A stretch of DNA of 64,000 nt. It comes from a virus. Lineage: Duplodnaviria; Caudoviricetes. The translations under genes were made by a program, and so were the position numbers. A model generated the notes under the pieces. It did not search any database, was not told where the DNA came from, and saw nothing but the letters and a program-made list of their open reading frames with translations. The stretch is taken from IMG/VR virus record IMGVR_UViG_3300025606_000003, positions 43,036 to 107,035 of that record; one strand, written 5' to 3'. This document shows, piece after piece, positions 1-10,139 of the stretch. How positions within the stretch are numbered: the first letter of the stretch is position 1; each line of letters begins with the position of its first letter.

Positions 1-866
1 TCGTTAGCGGGGTTATACAGAATGGATTCTGTAAGAATTTCTGGTGCTTCTTTCTTAATCGCCGCTTGCTTGACGGGCACCTTGGCCTGCGCCTCGTTGT
101 AAGCCTCCAGCGCGTTGAGCACGTTGGCCGCCAGCTTGCAGGGCTCGCAGTCGCCAATAAACACTTCTTTGGTGGCAGCCTGCTTGGTCAGATGCGGGTA
201 CACGTTGGCCAGCTTGTTGAGCACAGCGGCCCCCTCGTCGCCCAGACGGAGCTCCGTCTCGCGTACGGCGTCCTTGAAGCTCATGTTGCCCGGGCGGCGG
301 AAATACTCGTGCAGCTCCTCCATCGCGGCAGCAGCCTTCGAGTAGGCCACAGTCGCTTGGCGGCGCAGCTCCTCGGCAGCCAGTTCAGCCGCGCGCTTTT
401 CGCTGGCAGCCCGCCGGACAGCCGCTTCGGGATCCCGGGGCGGCGGAGTCCAGGTTTTTTCGGGCAAAGATATCTTTGCGGCCGCGGCTTTGGTCAGCGC
501 TGACTGCCGCCGAGCAATCAGATCACGCACCGGAATGGTGTACTCGGCCGAAACCACGTGCTGCTGCGAGATCTCAGCCGAAGTTTTTACCGCCTTCGGG
601 TACAACCGGTCCATGACGGTATTGGCGTCAGCAATCGGAAAATCAGCGGCCTTGTCGAGCGTATTCTCGCCCTGCTCGCGCTGTTTGGTTGTTCGGCCCG
701 TGTTATACGCGTGAACCATGAGATTCACGTGCCCGGCCGGAACATTCGACTCAGAGGCGCTTTTTACGATTGCGTCGTCGGGCGCCATGCCGTTATTCAC
801 GTAGCCAGCCGCGCGCTCGATGGCAGCGATCAGTTTTTGCTCGGCCTCTTTAGTCAGTGGGCGCAT
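1..866 (-). CDS. Putative virion protein, N-terminal part (runs off the left edge)
   Basis: ATG at 866 with GGAG upstream; open to position 1 (MRPLTKEAEQKLIAAIERAA...); many K-x-A motifs (VKSAS, DKAAD, EKRAA, TKQAA, VKQAA). Confidence 0.7.
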   Translation of the reverse strand, partial: MRPLTKEAEQKLIAAIERAAGYVNNGMAPDDAIVKSASESNVPAGHVNLMVHAYNTGRTTKQREQGENTLDKAADFPIADANTVMDRLYPKAVKTSAEISQQHVVSAEYTIPVRDLIARRQSALTKAAAAKISLPEKTWTPPPRDPEAAVRRAASEKRAAELAAEELRRQATVAYSKAAAAMEELHEYFRRPGNMSFKDAVRETELRLGDEGAAVLNKLANVYPHLTKQAATKEVFIGDCEPCKLAANVLNALEAYNEAQAKVPVKQAAIKKEAPEILTESILYNPAN

Positions 867-868
867 TG

Positions 869-1798
869 CTATTCTCCGGGAAAACGCAGCTTTTCAATGT
901 CTTGTTGGTTATCTAGTTTACCGCCGGCGGCGAGCAGCATCAGCTCGGCGCTGCTTAATTCTGCTGCACTGTCATCGTAAGGTAACATTTTCGCGTCTAC
1001 GGAATCCAGTTTTGTCCCAACTTTGAACGGGAGCGCGGCCATCATGGCGCCGATATTCTCGACAATCGTGGAGTGCGCTTTCCCGGCATTTTCACTGTTC
1101 TTCTCGATTTCCACATACTTTACAAAGCTCTCGATCAGCGCAATTTGAGTATGCGTGTTGATCGGGATCGTGAGCGTGGCGATGGCGGCTTTGTGCTTTA
1201 CTGTGTTGACGGCAAATTCCTGGAAGAACGTACCAACACCGGACGCGTTGGTCGGCTTGTCGATTGGCGAAAACTTGGAAATCACGGCGTCGAGGACATG
1301 GCTGCCGCCGTGGTAGCCAAACAATTTCCAAAGCAGGTCGTACTGCCGTTCTGTTAACCCGCGTGTGACCGCGTCGGCCATCACCACGTTGACGATGTAG
1401 TCGCGGTTGGCCAGCATTTCCCGAACGTTAAAAAACACAGCTTCGTAGGCCTGAACAATTTCTTCGTCTACGCCCAAACGAGCAGCGATTTGCTTGTCGC
1501 TTTCTCCAGCGAGCACGCGGGCTTCGATGGCCCAGCGTGTCGGCGCCTTGTCTTCTAGCCAAAGCGAGTGCGCCCAAAACAGCGCGCGGTCTTGCTGCAA
1601 CAGTCGGTACAAAATGTCTGGTCGGTTGTTGGCCTGCTCGAACCGCCGTTTCAGCCGAGACGCGCGGCGAATCCACGCAAAACCCTCTTCGCCGTCGCGG
1701 GCGCGGGACGGCCTGGGTCCGGCGGCGTCGATCTGCACAGCCCGCAGCCAGCGCCAGTTCGGGGCACGGCGGGGGCTATCACGTAATTCGTGGAACAT
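869..1798 (-). CDS. Hypothetical protein
   Basis: Long ORF packed tightly against neighbours; start taken at MFHELRD. Confidence 0.75.
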   Translation of the reverse strand: MFHELRDSPRRAPNWRWLRAVQIDAAGPRPSRARDGEEGFAWIRRASRLKRRFEQANNRPDILYRLLQQDRALFWAHSLWLEDKAPTRWAIEARVLAGESDKQIAARLGVDEEIVQAYEAVFFNVREMLANRDYIVNVVMADAVTRGLTERQYDLLWKLFGYHGGSHVLDAVISKFSPIDKPTNASGVGTFFQEFAVNTVKHKAAIATLTIPINTHTQIALIESFVKYVEIEKNSENAGKAHSTIVENIGAMMAALPFKVGTKLDSVDAKMLPYDDSAAELSSAELMLLAAGGKLDNQQDIEKLRFPGE

Positions 1799-1825
1799 GT
1801 TTACAGTTTCATTACAGCACAATTA

Positions 1826-2614
1826 TTACGGCACGTTCTGATCAACAAACCCGAAACAGAGCGTGCAGTAATACTCGGCGGAACCGTAGTTGAACGTCAC
1901 ACTACTCATTGTGCCGTCGATGCGAATGATGTTAAACCCTTCTTCGCCGACAAATTGCGTGTACTGCGTAGGGCTTACTTGATTTAGATATGTCGTTTGT
2001 GTGCCGGAGACAATGCCGTTTGAAGACCAAATTGGTGTAAACGGTTTTGGCGCGCCAACTTCATCAAGCACTATTACAGGAACCTGCAAGCCCTGCTGGC
2101 CGACACTCGCAAATGCGACCAAAGCATCTGTAACGGGCTGGCTAAACACTGCGGTAAATACCCCGGTTTGCGTATTTGCAATTTGATTACCTGTAGTCGG
2201 CACACCGTATTCTGCGGGAAATAGCGCGGCCCCGACCATGCCGGTATGCAAGAACATACCGCCACCGCTTTGAGTAATTGCAACCGTGATGTTGTTCTGG
2301 CCGATTCCAGCCGCCGTAGTGGAAGCTACGCTAAGCATTCTCATCCACTTAAAACCAGAATCGCCAGTGCACGAAAAGTCATCGCAAGTTGCTAGCGGAT
2401 TGTAATTGTCGGCAATGGGGTTTGTGCAGCCATAAACGCATGAAATACACGAGCCGTCGTCGCACGTTGCGTTGGGGTTGTAGTTAAGGGCGGTGTTGTT
2501 CGTGCAGCCATAAACGCACGGCCACACCAATGTGCTGCCTAGATAAATTTTGCTCGCAGGCTGTGCGCCAACGGCGGCCGCAGCTAGGTTGAAAGCGCCC
2601 CGATAAATACTCAC
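1826..2614 (-). CDS. Tail-fibre-associated protein with two Cys-rich GCTNxxAxNYNPxAxxDDxSC repeats
   Basis: KIYLGSTLVW N-terminal motif, typical of genes that follow tail fibres; tandem VYGCTN..A.NYNP.ATCDD.SC repeats. Confidence 0.6.
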   Translation of the reverse strand: MSIYRGAFNLAAAAVGAQPASKIYLGSTLVWPCVYGCTNNTALNYNPNATCDDGSCISCVYGCTNPIADNYNPLATCDDFSCTGDSGFKWMRMLSVASTTAAGIGQNNITVAITQSGGGMFLHTGMVGAALFPAEYGVPTTGNQIANTQTGVFTAVFSQPVTDALVAFASVGQQGLQVPVIVLDEVGAPKPFTPIWSSNGIVSGTQTTYLNQVSPTQYTQFVGEEGFNIIRIDGTMSSVTFNYGSAEYYCTLCFGFVDQNVP

Positions 2615-4380
2615 GTAATCACGTACAGTGTGTTGGGGTCTTTCGACGCGATCGCGTCGTAATCGGTCTGAGAGATCGCCATGCAGTTCGTAATCCGGGT
2701 TGCGCCATTGACGCCATCCACGACGCTTGTGATGCCCGCCGAACGCTGGAACGTTTCATCCGTAAACGTCACACCGCCGCCAGATATTGCAGTCGTGTCC
2801 GCGCCGTCAGATACATGAAACGGTGAGTCACAGTAGATCGGATACGTAATATTGCCGCGCCACGACCGCAGCCGACCGCCCTGCCAGTTGAATTCGTATC
2901 CAACAGCGCAAATCAAACTGATACCATTTGCGCCGCCAGTGTCATTACCGAACGACCCCATAACGAGCTGCGTGAAGTTCGGCAGCATCATGCCAATGCC
3001 GCTGATTTGAGCTGTGCCGCCACCCGCGACAACAGCGAACCCGCCGCCGTAGTTGGGCAGAAAATCCGCTCCGTTGCTGCCGCTACCTTCGTTGCCGTTT
3101 GGGGCTGACGCACTTACCGGCACCCAACCCGTTGTAGGAAATACGTACGGGTTGCTGGAAGGATTCGTGAAGTATGTTCGCGGCCAATCCGCGCCGGAGC
3201 AGAGACGCCAATAATTCACTGGCGGGTCTGTCGCGCCATCGTCGTCCGGGTCAGTGCCCCATCCAGTGCGATTACCCGGAGCGAGGAAAAAAGCCACGCC
3301 GTTCAACAACGCGTCGTTTTGTACTAAATAGTAGTTGTGAGTACCGGGTTCAGGCGTGTGCATTCCGTCGTTCGCCCAACCGGTTGGCCGGACGGCAACA
3401 GCGGTTCGCACATAGGTGCCATTCATGTCTGACCACTGAGTTCCGCCGGGGCCGCCCCACGCCGGAACTGGACTGATATAACCCTCGCCAGCATTGGTGA
3501 TGCCGCTTACGACCACTGACGAAGTAAGCGTGACGTTGTTGAATGTCACGTTGTCGTGCGTATTCAGGTCTTGGTCAAACGGGTTGCCCCCACTACCACC
3601 GCCGCCGCTACTGACCTCTACCGCGCTCGTGTCTGCAAGTCCGGCGTACAGTTTGTTTTCTTCTTCGTCGTACAGCATCTCGCCCGGCTGCACGTTGATC
3701 GGCGTCGGGTTTTCGGCGCTGACGATTTCACGGCGGCGGTGCGGGAAGTGCAACGCACGGAAAACGCGCGTACCGGTCTCAACCGGGCCTTCGCTGATTT
3801 GAAGATATGTGAAATAAGATTTCTCGCCGCCTACAACGTCTGTATCAAGGTCGGCGTGGAAACCAATACGGTACGCGCCAGCAGAGAGCCGCTCGTTGGT
3901 AAGCGTAAGCGTGTCGACCGGAGAGCCGGTTGCGCTAGCGCCATCAAACAATTCGTGCGTAATGGTTTCCGCAACCGGGTTATAAGTCACGCGCGCTGTG
4001 TACGTATCGCCAGTGGTAAGTTCATATTGCGAATTAACATTGTTTTCTTCTTGCCCGTTAATTTCTGGGTCGCCGCAATTGTACTGAACTGCAATACGTG
4101 AAGTGTTATCGCCCCAACTCCAGTACGGTTCAACGTCGGCTTTGAAAAAACAAATGCCCTGATCGGGGCAGCCGTCGTCTACGTCAGCGTGCACAAAGGT
4201 GTAAATAATTACGACAGTCGTTTCGCCGTCGATGTCGTAGTTAGTGCGTACCGGGTACGGCGCCAACGACGCGTTGCCCGAGAACCACATGCCGGTGCTA
4301 TCAAACCCAAATAATACGTCCGCGTCGGGGAACGTATCGAGCCAGAACGGCTGTGTGCGCAGATTGCTAGAAACACTCAT
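2611..4380 (-). CDS. Tail fibre / receptor-binding-like protein
   Basis: Beta-rich mosaic sequence, Gly linker, C-terminal SQTDYDAIASKDPNTLYVIT motif common at phage fibre ends. Confidence 0.6.
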   Translation of the reverse strand: MSVSSNLRTQPFWLDTFPDADVLFGFDSTGMWFSGNASLAPYPVRTNYDIDGETTVVIIYTFVHADVDDGCPDQGICFFKADVEPYWSWGDNTSRIAVQYNCGDPEINGQEENNVNSQYELTTGDTYTARVTYNPVAETITHELFDGASATGSPVDTLTLTNERLSAGAYRIGFHADLDTDVVGGEKSYFTYLQISEGPVETGTRVFRALHFPHRRREIVSAENPTPINVQPGEMLYDEEENKLYAGLADTSAVEVSSGGGGSGGNPFDQDLNTHDNVTFNNVTLTSSVVVSGITNAGEGYISPVPAWGGPGGTQWSDMNGTYVRTAVAVRPTGWANDGMHTPEPGTHNYYLVQNDALLNGVAFFLAPGNRTGWGTDPDDDGATDPPVNYWRLCSGADWPRTYFTNPSSNPYVFPTTGWVPVSASAPNGNEGSGSNGADFLPNYGGGFAVVAGGGTAQISGIGMMLPNFTQLVMGSFGNDTGGANGISLICAVGYEFNWQGGRLRSWRGNITYPIYCDSPFHVSDGADTTAISGGGVTFTDETFQRSAGITSVVDGVNGATRITNCMAISQTDYDAIASKDPNTLYVIT

Positions 4381-4404
4381 GCCGGTACTCCCTGTGTAAG
4401 CGGT

Positions 4405-4824
4405 TCAGCGCAGCATCGGCGTCTCAACGGTCACGGTCAGCGCGAAGTCTTTGCTGCCCGTGCCAGACGGTTTGATCCACAGGTAAAGATATCTTTGGGG
4501 ATTCGTCGGCGAGCCGTCACGGTTGATGTACGCCACATTGATATTGCTGTTTTCAGCGATATCTACAACGTCCGGGTCTTCTACAACGTCGGCAAAATCA
4601 GACAAGCTCAACACGTGAAAAGACTCGGCCGGCAAAGACGCGTTGGGCTCTGTTTCCTGGTTGCTGGCATACAGATCGGCCTCGAAACCCGCCTTGGCGC
4701 CGGTGCGCTGCACGAGCTGATAGCCGCGCAGCACGCCACGGTGCGGCATCGAGATCGGGACGATTGTCTCCGCACCGCTCGCCGCCGAAAAAGCCTTCGT
4801 ACCGGACCAGATAGTGCTAGCCAT
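4405..4824 (-). CDS. Hypothetical beta-rich protein (possibly structural)
   Basis: 139 aa ORF in operon context. Confidence 0.65.
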   Translation of the reverse strand: MASTIWSGTKAFSAASGAETIVPISMPHRGVLRGYQLVQRTGAKAGFEADLYASNQETEPNASLPAESFHVLSLSDFADVVEDPDVVDIAENSNINVAYINRDGSPTNPQRYLYLWIKPSGTGSKDFALTVTVETPMLR

Positions 4825-4833
4825 TGCTCACCC

Positions 4834-7245
4834 TTAGTTGTTAGCGACACTGGACAGGTCAACGTCGGAACCAGCCTCTTCCGGATACGGCTCGATGGTT
4901 TTCTGCTTGAGAAAGAGGATAACGTCACCGAGCATCTCAAAGGCGTTGCGTAGCGAGTCTTCCAGTTCCGGCATGTCAGACTTGCCGTAACGCTCGGCAA
5001 ACTTGTCGCCGTGCCAGTAAAACATGAACAGAATGCGGCCAATCTTATCGAGACCTTTGGTCAACTCACCCATGTACCGGTCGACCAGCGAGTCGTCGCG
5101 CACGGCGCGCAGCATGCTGCCGATCATCGCCGTATCAAACACTTCTTTCTGCCCGGACTGCGCAGCCTGCAGCACGTTGTTAATGTCATGCTTGTCAAGC
5201 TTGGTGTTGGGGTTGTAGATCTGCCGATCGGTCTTGGCAGCAGACACGCTCGGCACCGGCACGCCAACATCGATGCCCATCTGCGTAGGAATGTCCGCGC
5301 CCATGATGGTCTCGCCACCCATGATCGGGCCTGGGTCGCTCGGCGCGTTGGGCGCGTCGTTGACCATCATCGGGGCGCCGTACGGATCGGCGTACTTCAC
5401 GCGGCACTCAAATTTGCGCTTAGCGGCCGCCGCCTTGAGAATTTCGCGGGCTGCGCCTTCGCGAAGACCGTGCCGACCTACAAGCGAAATAAGCGCCTGC
5501 TTCTCCGACAGTTCTTTTTCAATTAAGCCAATATGTCCTGGCTGGTGCGAGCACATTTCAACTGCCGTACCGTTGTGATACACAGTCAGCGCCGCGGTCT
5601 TCTGCATCAGCGCCAATTGTGCGTCCACGATGTTGCCTGGCATCAGCGGCGGATCTTTGCTCTCACCGCAGCCGCACACACCCTGATCGTCAGCGTCAGC
5701 CTCCGTTTTGTCGTCCTCGCCGGGCGCGCACTTGAGAGCTTTGAAGCTCTCCGGCACGAAGATGTCGCCCATCGAGCTGCGAAGGCTAGAGCCCTTCTTG
5801 CCGCCCAGATGAACGCGCACACCGTCGCGGTACTTGTCGTAGTTCAGTGGATCCGCGTAGCAGCACGCCGAAATATGCCCCTTCGGCGGATACTTGGAGT
5901 AATCTTCAAGATGAACCTCGTAGCTAGTCGTACCGAATTCATCTTCGCCGAGCTCGCGCAGTACGCGCACCGGGCATGTCGCGTCGCCGTTCTTGCCAAT
6001 CAGCATGGTGCGGGTGCGGCCGGTCGGAAGGCTGGTCGCGTCTTTCAGGCCGTTGAACCAGCTGTCAAACTCCTCGCCTTCGACCTGCGCAATGGCGAAA
6101 ACCTGGTCGGCGCGGGTGTTCACCCAATCGGGTGTGCCCTCGGTGCGCACCACGGTGACAAAGTCCGCGCGCTTGGCGGCGCCCATCGGAAACACGGCGA
6201 CATAGCAGCGCTCGATGTTGCCCGGCTTGACCAGAATGTCGTACAGACCAGAACAGGCCGGCGTGAAAAGTTTCTTCTCGACCTGAATCTGGTAGGGAAT
6301 CGAGACGTTGTCGCGATCCCGCTGGTCGAGAATCAGCACGCCGTCGCGCAACAGCTTTTCCTGGTCTTCCTCGCTGTAACCGGCCGGCAGCTTTGTCTGC
6401 AGCGTGACGTCGAGCGTCACAATCTTGAGGCCGGCAACAGACGCCGGCTCTTTGGGCGCCTCCGACAGCACACTGGCAATCTTCAGCTGCGCATCACGGG
6501 CCTTCGCCGCCGCAATCGCTTCCTTGATTACGCCCAGGCCGTGAAAGTTATCAAACGCCCTGGCGAGCGCCGGGGCGTCCTGGAACGTCTTCACGAGCAT
6601 TTCGACCGTGGTCAGGCGGGCTTCCTTGAGAAACTGCGCCAGGTTGAGTTTCTGGCCCAGCTCAGCCAGCGTGGCGCCTGTGTTCAGCGTGGCGCACTTG
6701 GCCAGGGTCGGCATCACGGCCGTCATCATTTCCCGAAGCGTGGGCTTGGCCGAGCCGAACTTGGCCGGGCTGCGCGAAAGCTGTGTAAAGTCGGGCTGCC
6801 GCTGACCGAGCCCGGACAGATTCCGGTCAACGCTCGAGCCGAGAATATTTGGCTTCCGGTTGATCAGGTAATTGATCCAGTTTTCCTTGAGCGGCACGAA
6901 CATGTCCTGGTTTTTGATGTACAGGAGCTCGTGACCTTTGAGGTCGCCGTTCAGGAAGAAAACAGGCGCGTACAGCCAGTTCGAGCCGACCTTGAAGGCA
7001 AAAACACCGACCGCCTTCGTGTTTTCACGGTTCCGGTCCAACAGCTGGAAGCCGACTTCATGATCCAGCAATTTCGGCGCCGAATCGCGGAGATACGCGT
7101 GCGCAAGATTGCTGAAAGCCTGCTCGAACGACGCGGAGTCGCCTTTGCCGCCAAAATCGGCCACCTTTGTCTGGGTCCGGTCGTGCGAACGGACCACAGT
7201 CAGCAGGTTCTTTAAGGACGATTCGGTATTCTTGCGGTTGTACAC
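4834..7245 (-). CDS. Large putative virion/head protein
   Basis: GTG start after GGAGG; about 800 aa; K-x-A motifs (TKVAD, LKIAS, QKTAA, VKYAD). Confidence 0.7.
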   Translation of the reverse strand: MYNRKNTESSLKNLLTVVRSHDRTQTKVADFGGKGDSASFEQAFSNLAHAYLRDSAPKLLDHEVGFQLLDRNRENTKAVGVFAFKVGSNWLYAPVFFLNGDLKGHELLYIKNQDMFVPLKENWINYLINRKPNILGSSVDRNLSGLGQRQPDFTQLSRSPAKFGSAKPTLREMMTAVMPTLAKCATLNTGATLAELGQKLNLAQFLKEARLTTVEMLVKTFQDAPALARAFDNFHGLGVIKEAIAAAKARDAQLKIASVLSEAPKEPASVAGLKIVTLDVTLQTKLPAGYSEEDQEKLLRDGVLILDQRDRDNVSIPYQIQVEKKLFTPACSGLYDILVKPGNIERCYVAVFPMGAAKRADFVTVVRTEGTPDWVNTRADQVFAIAQVEGEEFDSWFNGLKDATSLPTGRTRTMLIGKNGDATCPVRVLRELGEDEFGTTSYEVHLEDYSKYPPKGHISACCYADPLNYDKYRDGVRVHLGGKKGSSLRSSMGDIFVPESFKALKCAPGEDDKTEADADDQGVCGCGESKDPPLMPGNIVDAQLALMQKTAALTVYHNGTAVEMCSHQPGHIGLIEKELSEKQALISLVGRHGLREGAAREILKAAAAKRKFECRVKYADPYGAPMMVNDAPNAPSDPGPIMGGETIMGADIPTQMGIDVGVPVPSVSAAKTDRQIYNPNTKLDKHDINNVLQAAQSGQKEVFDTAMIGSMLRAVRDDSLVDRYMGELTKGLDKIGRILFMFYWHGDKFAERYGKSDMPELEDSLRNAFEMLGDVILFLKQKTIEPYPEEAGSDVDLSSVANN

Positions 7246-7332
7246 AGCCACCTCCGTGCGGCGTAGCGACAAATGACACTGATAACTCAACAATTTACCG
7301 TGTCTAAGCTCTTACATCCTACCGAAATGCGA

Positions 7333-9207
7333 TTATGGGCGCCATCCGCTTGTGGCGCCCGTTACGCCAAACTGTTCGCCGCGAGCCAGCGCCGGCACAA
7401 AACTGCTGCCAGATGTGTCGCTAACTCCGCCGTGGTGTACGCTGTCGAGCAGGCCCTTTTGCTGGTAAGACCCGAGCATCCGCGTCATCCAGTCCTGGTC
7501 GTTTGAAATGTTACTCATGCCGCGAACCATTTCCGGCTGAAACGGCGGCGGCGTCCGGTGCGCTTCGATGTTATTGATTCCGTACTTCTGCAACGTATCG
7601 GTCACATTTTTGCCGATTTTTGTTCCAACAGAATAGTGCAGCACTGGGCGCTCTAAGTAATGCCCCGCCAGACTTTTTGGCGCGCCGGTCACGCTACCCG
7701 GCCGCGGCTGCCAATTTCGTTCAACCATCGAATACGGCACGATATCGTCGGGGTTGTAATCACCGTACTCGTCGGTCATTCGCACGTGGTTTACAAGCCC
7801 GCGCGCCAGCAGCTCGATATTGCGCCGCTGCGGCGTAATTCCTGAGTTCTGCATAACCTGCCGCATAGCTGACACAAAATAGCGGCGCCCTTCGCCAACG
7901 CCCTTGTGCCGCACTATTTCGGCCGGACTGGGCATACCGTCTGACAGCACGTCGCCGGCTTCCAGCGAATCGCCTTTCTTCACGATGACTTGCCGGTCGG
8001 CCGGCACGTAATGGTCTTGGCTGTTGACCTGCACGTAAAACCCGCCCTGGGGCGCTGGTCGGATTTCTTGTACGTGCCCGTCAAACTGCGCATGTGTCGC
8101 GCCGTCCGGATATGTTTTCGGTACCTGCACAAGCGCATTGATCGCCTTAAAACCGGCGATTGAACCGGCGCCGCCGACGCCGCCGGAGTGCTTAGAGCTA
8201 ATCTGCGCCTGCGTCACGGGCTCACCTAACGCCTGCGCGGCCGCGATACCAACGTAATCGCCGACAGGTGGTAATTTTCCTTTTTCCCGATAACCAACGT
8301 CACGCGCAAATACGCCGCCATCATCCGGGCCGCCCACCGTCGGACTGCGCACGAGAATATCTTTCATGCCCATTTCTTTGATGTCGCGAAGAATCTTCGG
8401 CGTCAGCATCGTGTTGCGCTTGTACGGGCCGACCGGGCGCGCTAGCAGCGCGCCCTCGTTGTCAGAGTCGTCGACATCGGTCGGAAAGCCTCGGTCAACA
8501 GCGCCAGCTGCGCGCTCTTCGTCGTCATCGTCATCAGATGTAACTAGCAGCCGGTGCGTCATCTGTGAAAGCTGCTTGCTGAAAAACCCAGCGTCGGCGG
8601 TCGCTGTTTTTAGATCCATGACACCTTTACGCGTGCCGAAGGCGCCGGCGAAATATTCAACGGGCCGGAGCCCCTGACCGTAGCCGTGCAGCACCGGAAT
8701 CGGAATCGGGTCGTTCTTGTGGTCGACATACTGCATGTCGGCCCCAATCAGCGAATTCAGGCTGAACTTGTTGCCCTTGCCAACGCCGATGACCTGGTGC
8801 GCCAACGGGTTATCAAAACCTTTTGCTTCGTCGTAAACTTCGTTGACGAGCGAGCGCTGCGTGTCGCCGGCCAGCTTTAAAATTTTCAGTGTGCGCGCTT
8901 TTTCATCCAAGCTGCTGTCTGACAGAATTCCGCGCAGCTGCTGGTTAACTCTGTGTCGCGCGTTCTGGACCGCCACGGTGGCTTTGATATCTTTGAGACC
9001 GAACGACAAGCCGTTGGTGGTATAGCTGGCTTCGCGCCCCACGTCGTGCAACCGCTTCATCACGTCGCGGTATTTCTCGGGATATTTTTCAGCCAGCGTT
9101 GTCGCGAGCTGGGCCATATCTTTTTTTGTCAGCACGCGCTCGTAGTTGCGTAAGTCTTCTGGCAACGCGGCGTTAATGAGTACTTGGCCGAGCGTAGTTT
9201 TCAGCAT
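7333..9207 (-). CDS. rpoC: Phage RNA polymerase beta'-like subunit, C-terminal half
   Basis: Bridge helix TRKGVMDLKTATADAGFFSKQL; trigger loop VGIAAAQALGEPVTQAQISSKHSGG; RRNIELLARGL (cf. DKHIEVIVRQM). Confidence 0.9.
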   Translation of the reverse strand: MLKTTLGQVLINAALPEDLRNYERVLTKKDMAQLATTLAEKYPEKYRDVMKRLHDVGREASYTTNGLSFGLKDIKATVAVQNARHRVNQQLRGILSDSSLDEKARTLKILKLAGDTQRSLVNEVYDEAKGFDNPLAHQVIGVGKGNKFSLNSLIGADMQYVDHKNDPIPIPVLHGYGQGLRPVEYFAGAFGTRKGVMDLKTATADAGFFSKQLSQMTHRLLVTSDDDDDEERAAGAVDRGFPTDVDDSDNEGALLARPVGPYKRNTMLTPKILRDIKEMGMKDILVRSPTVGGPDDGGVFARDVGYREKGKLPPVGDYVGIAAAQALGEPVTQAQISSKHSGGVGGAGSIAGFKAINALVQVPKTYPDGATHAQFDGHVQEIRPAPQGGFYVQVNSQDHYVPADRQVIVKKGDSLEAGDVLSDGMPSPAEIVRHKGVGEGRRYFVSAMRQVMQNSGITPQRRNIELLARGLVNHVRMTDEYGDYNPDDIVPYSMVERNWQPRPGSVTGAPKSLAGHYLERPVLHYSVGTKIGKNVTDTLQKYGINNIEAHRTPPPFQPEMVRGMSNISNDQDWMTRMLGSYQQKGLLDSVHHGGVSDTSGSSFVPALARGEQFGVTGATSGWRP

Positions 9208-9208
9208 G

Positions 9209-9448
9209 TTACGGCGTCCAAATCAGATTTTGCATCGGCTTTGGCTGTACTTCTGTAACTGCTACGGTTTTGTTGACGCCCGCGGCCCGCAACAGCGCAT
9301 GAAAGTCTTTTTCTCGGGCGTCGGCATACACGATCGATTCGTCAAGCTGCAGCGCTACAAAAATAGGGTTGCCCAGCGCGTCCTCGATGACGACGCTGTG
9401 CGCTGACTGTTCATGCGGCTGTAGGTTGTGCTGCAGTTTAACGCGCAC
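9209..9448 (-). CDS. Small hypothetical protein
   Basis: 79 aa ORF between the RNAP genes, overlaps upstream stop, AGGAG upstream. Confidence 0.6.
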   Translation of the reverse strand: MRVKLQHNLQPHEQSAHSVVIEDALGNPIFVALQLDESIVYADAREKDFHALLRAAGVNKTVAVTEVQPKPMQNLIWTP

Positions 9449-10121
9449 GCCCCAAGCTCCTGCGCAAAACAGACAACGCCGCAGCCTTCAACTGCAGCTC
9501 AGACGGCGCATCAGGATCGGGCAGCTCGGCGGTAACTTGCTCCCACCACGCCTGCTTGCCAGCGTTCGGGTCCATTGGCATTTGACTCGGATCCTGGGGG
9601 CCACCCGGCGGCATTGGGCCGCCCGGCGGCTGCGGACCGCCAGCGGCATTCGGGTCTTGTGGGGGCGGCGGCGCCATAGGGCCACCAGGCAGCGCCGACT
9701 CGGCCGGCGGTGCGCCGTTAGAGCCTGGCGGCAGCACTAACGTAGCAGGGTCTACCTGCACGCCCATCGCGTTCATGATCGCCGTGAGTTGCTGTTGCAT
9801 GTTATACAGCCGGAAATCGATCATCTGCATCATTTGCTCGGGCTTCATCTTCTGCCCTTGCGCGGCGCCGGGCGGCGCAGCGGGCGCCGGAGCCGGCATC
9901 GGAGCGGGAGCCGGCGGCATCGCAGCAGCGCCGGCGCCGGTCGGATCTTGAGCAGCTGGCGGCGGTGCGGCACCCATAGCAGCTTGCGCCGGATCGACCG
10001 GCGGCGCAGCGCCCATTTGGGATGGATCCGGCTGCATGCCCATCATCGCAGCTTCAGACGGCACCACAGCCGACTTTTCGAACGTGGCGCGGGCCATCTT
10101 CATCAATTCACGATTGACCAT
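9438..10121 (-). CDS. Pro/Ala/Met/Gln-rich low-complexity protein
   Basis: GGAGG RBS; FEKSAV motif near the N-terminus; Pro-rich tracts flank a short helix. Confidence 0.7.
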   Translation of the reverse strand: MVNRELMKMARATFEKSAVVPSEAAMMGMQPDPSQMGAAPPVDPAQAAMGAAPPPAAQDPTGAGAAAMPPAPAPMPAPAPAAPPGAAQGQKMKPEQMMQMIDFRLYNMQQQLTAIMNAMGVQVDPATLVLPPGSNGAPPAESALPGGPMAPPPPQDPNAAGGPQPPGGPMPPGGPQDPSQMPMDPNAGKQAWWEQVTAELPDPDAPSELQLKAAALSVLRRSLGRAR

Positions 10122-10139
10122 GGACGTAAACCTCCGTGT

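Noticed and set aside
5533-7215. 560-aa plus-strand ORF (also 13578-14909, 27921-28841, 31490-32380, 37029-38000, 61173-62021)
   Set aside because: Antisense shadows of well-supported minus-strand genes in GC-rich DNA; no motifs or RBS.
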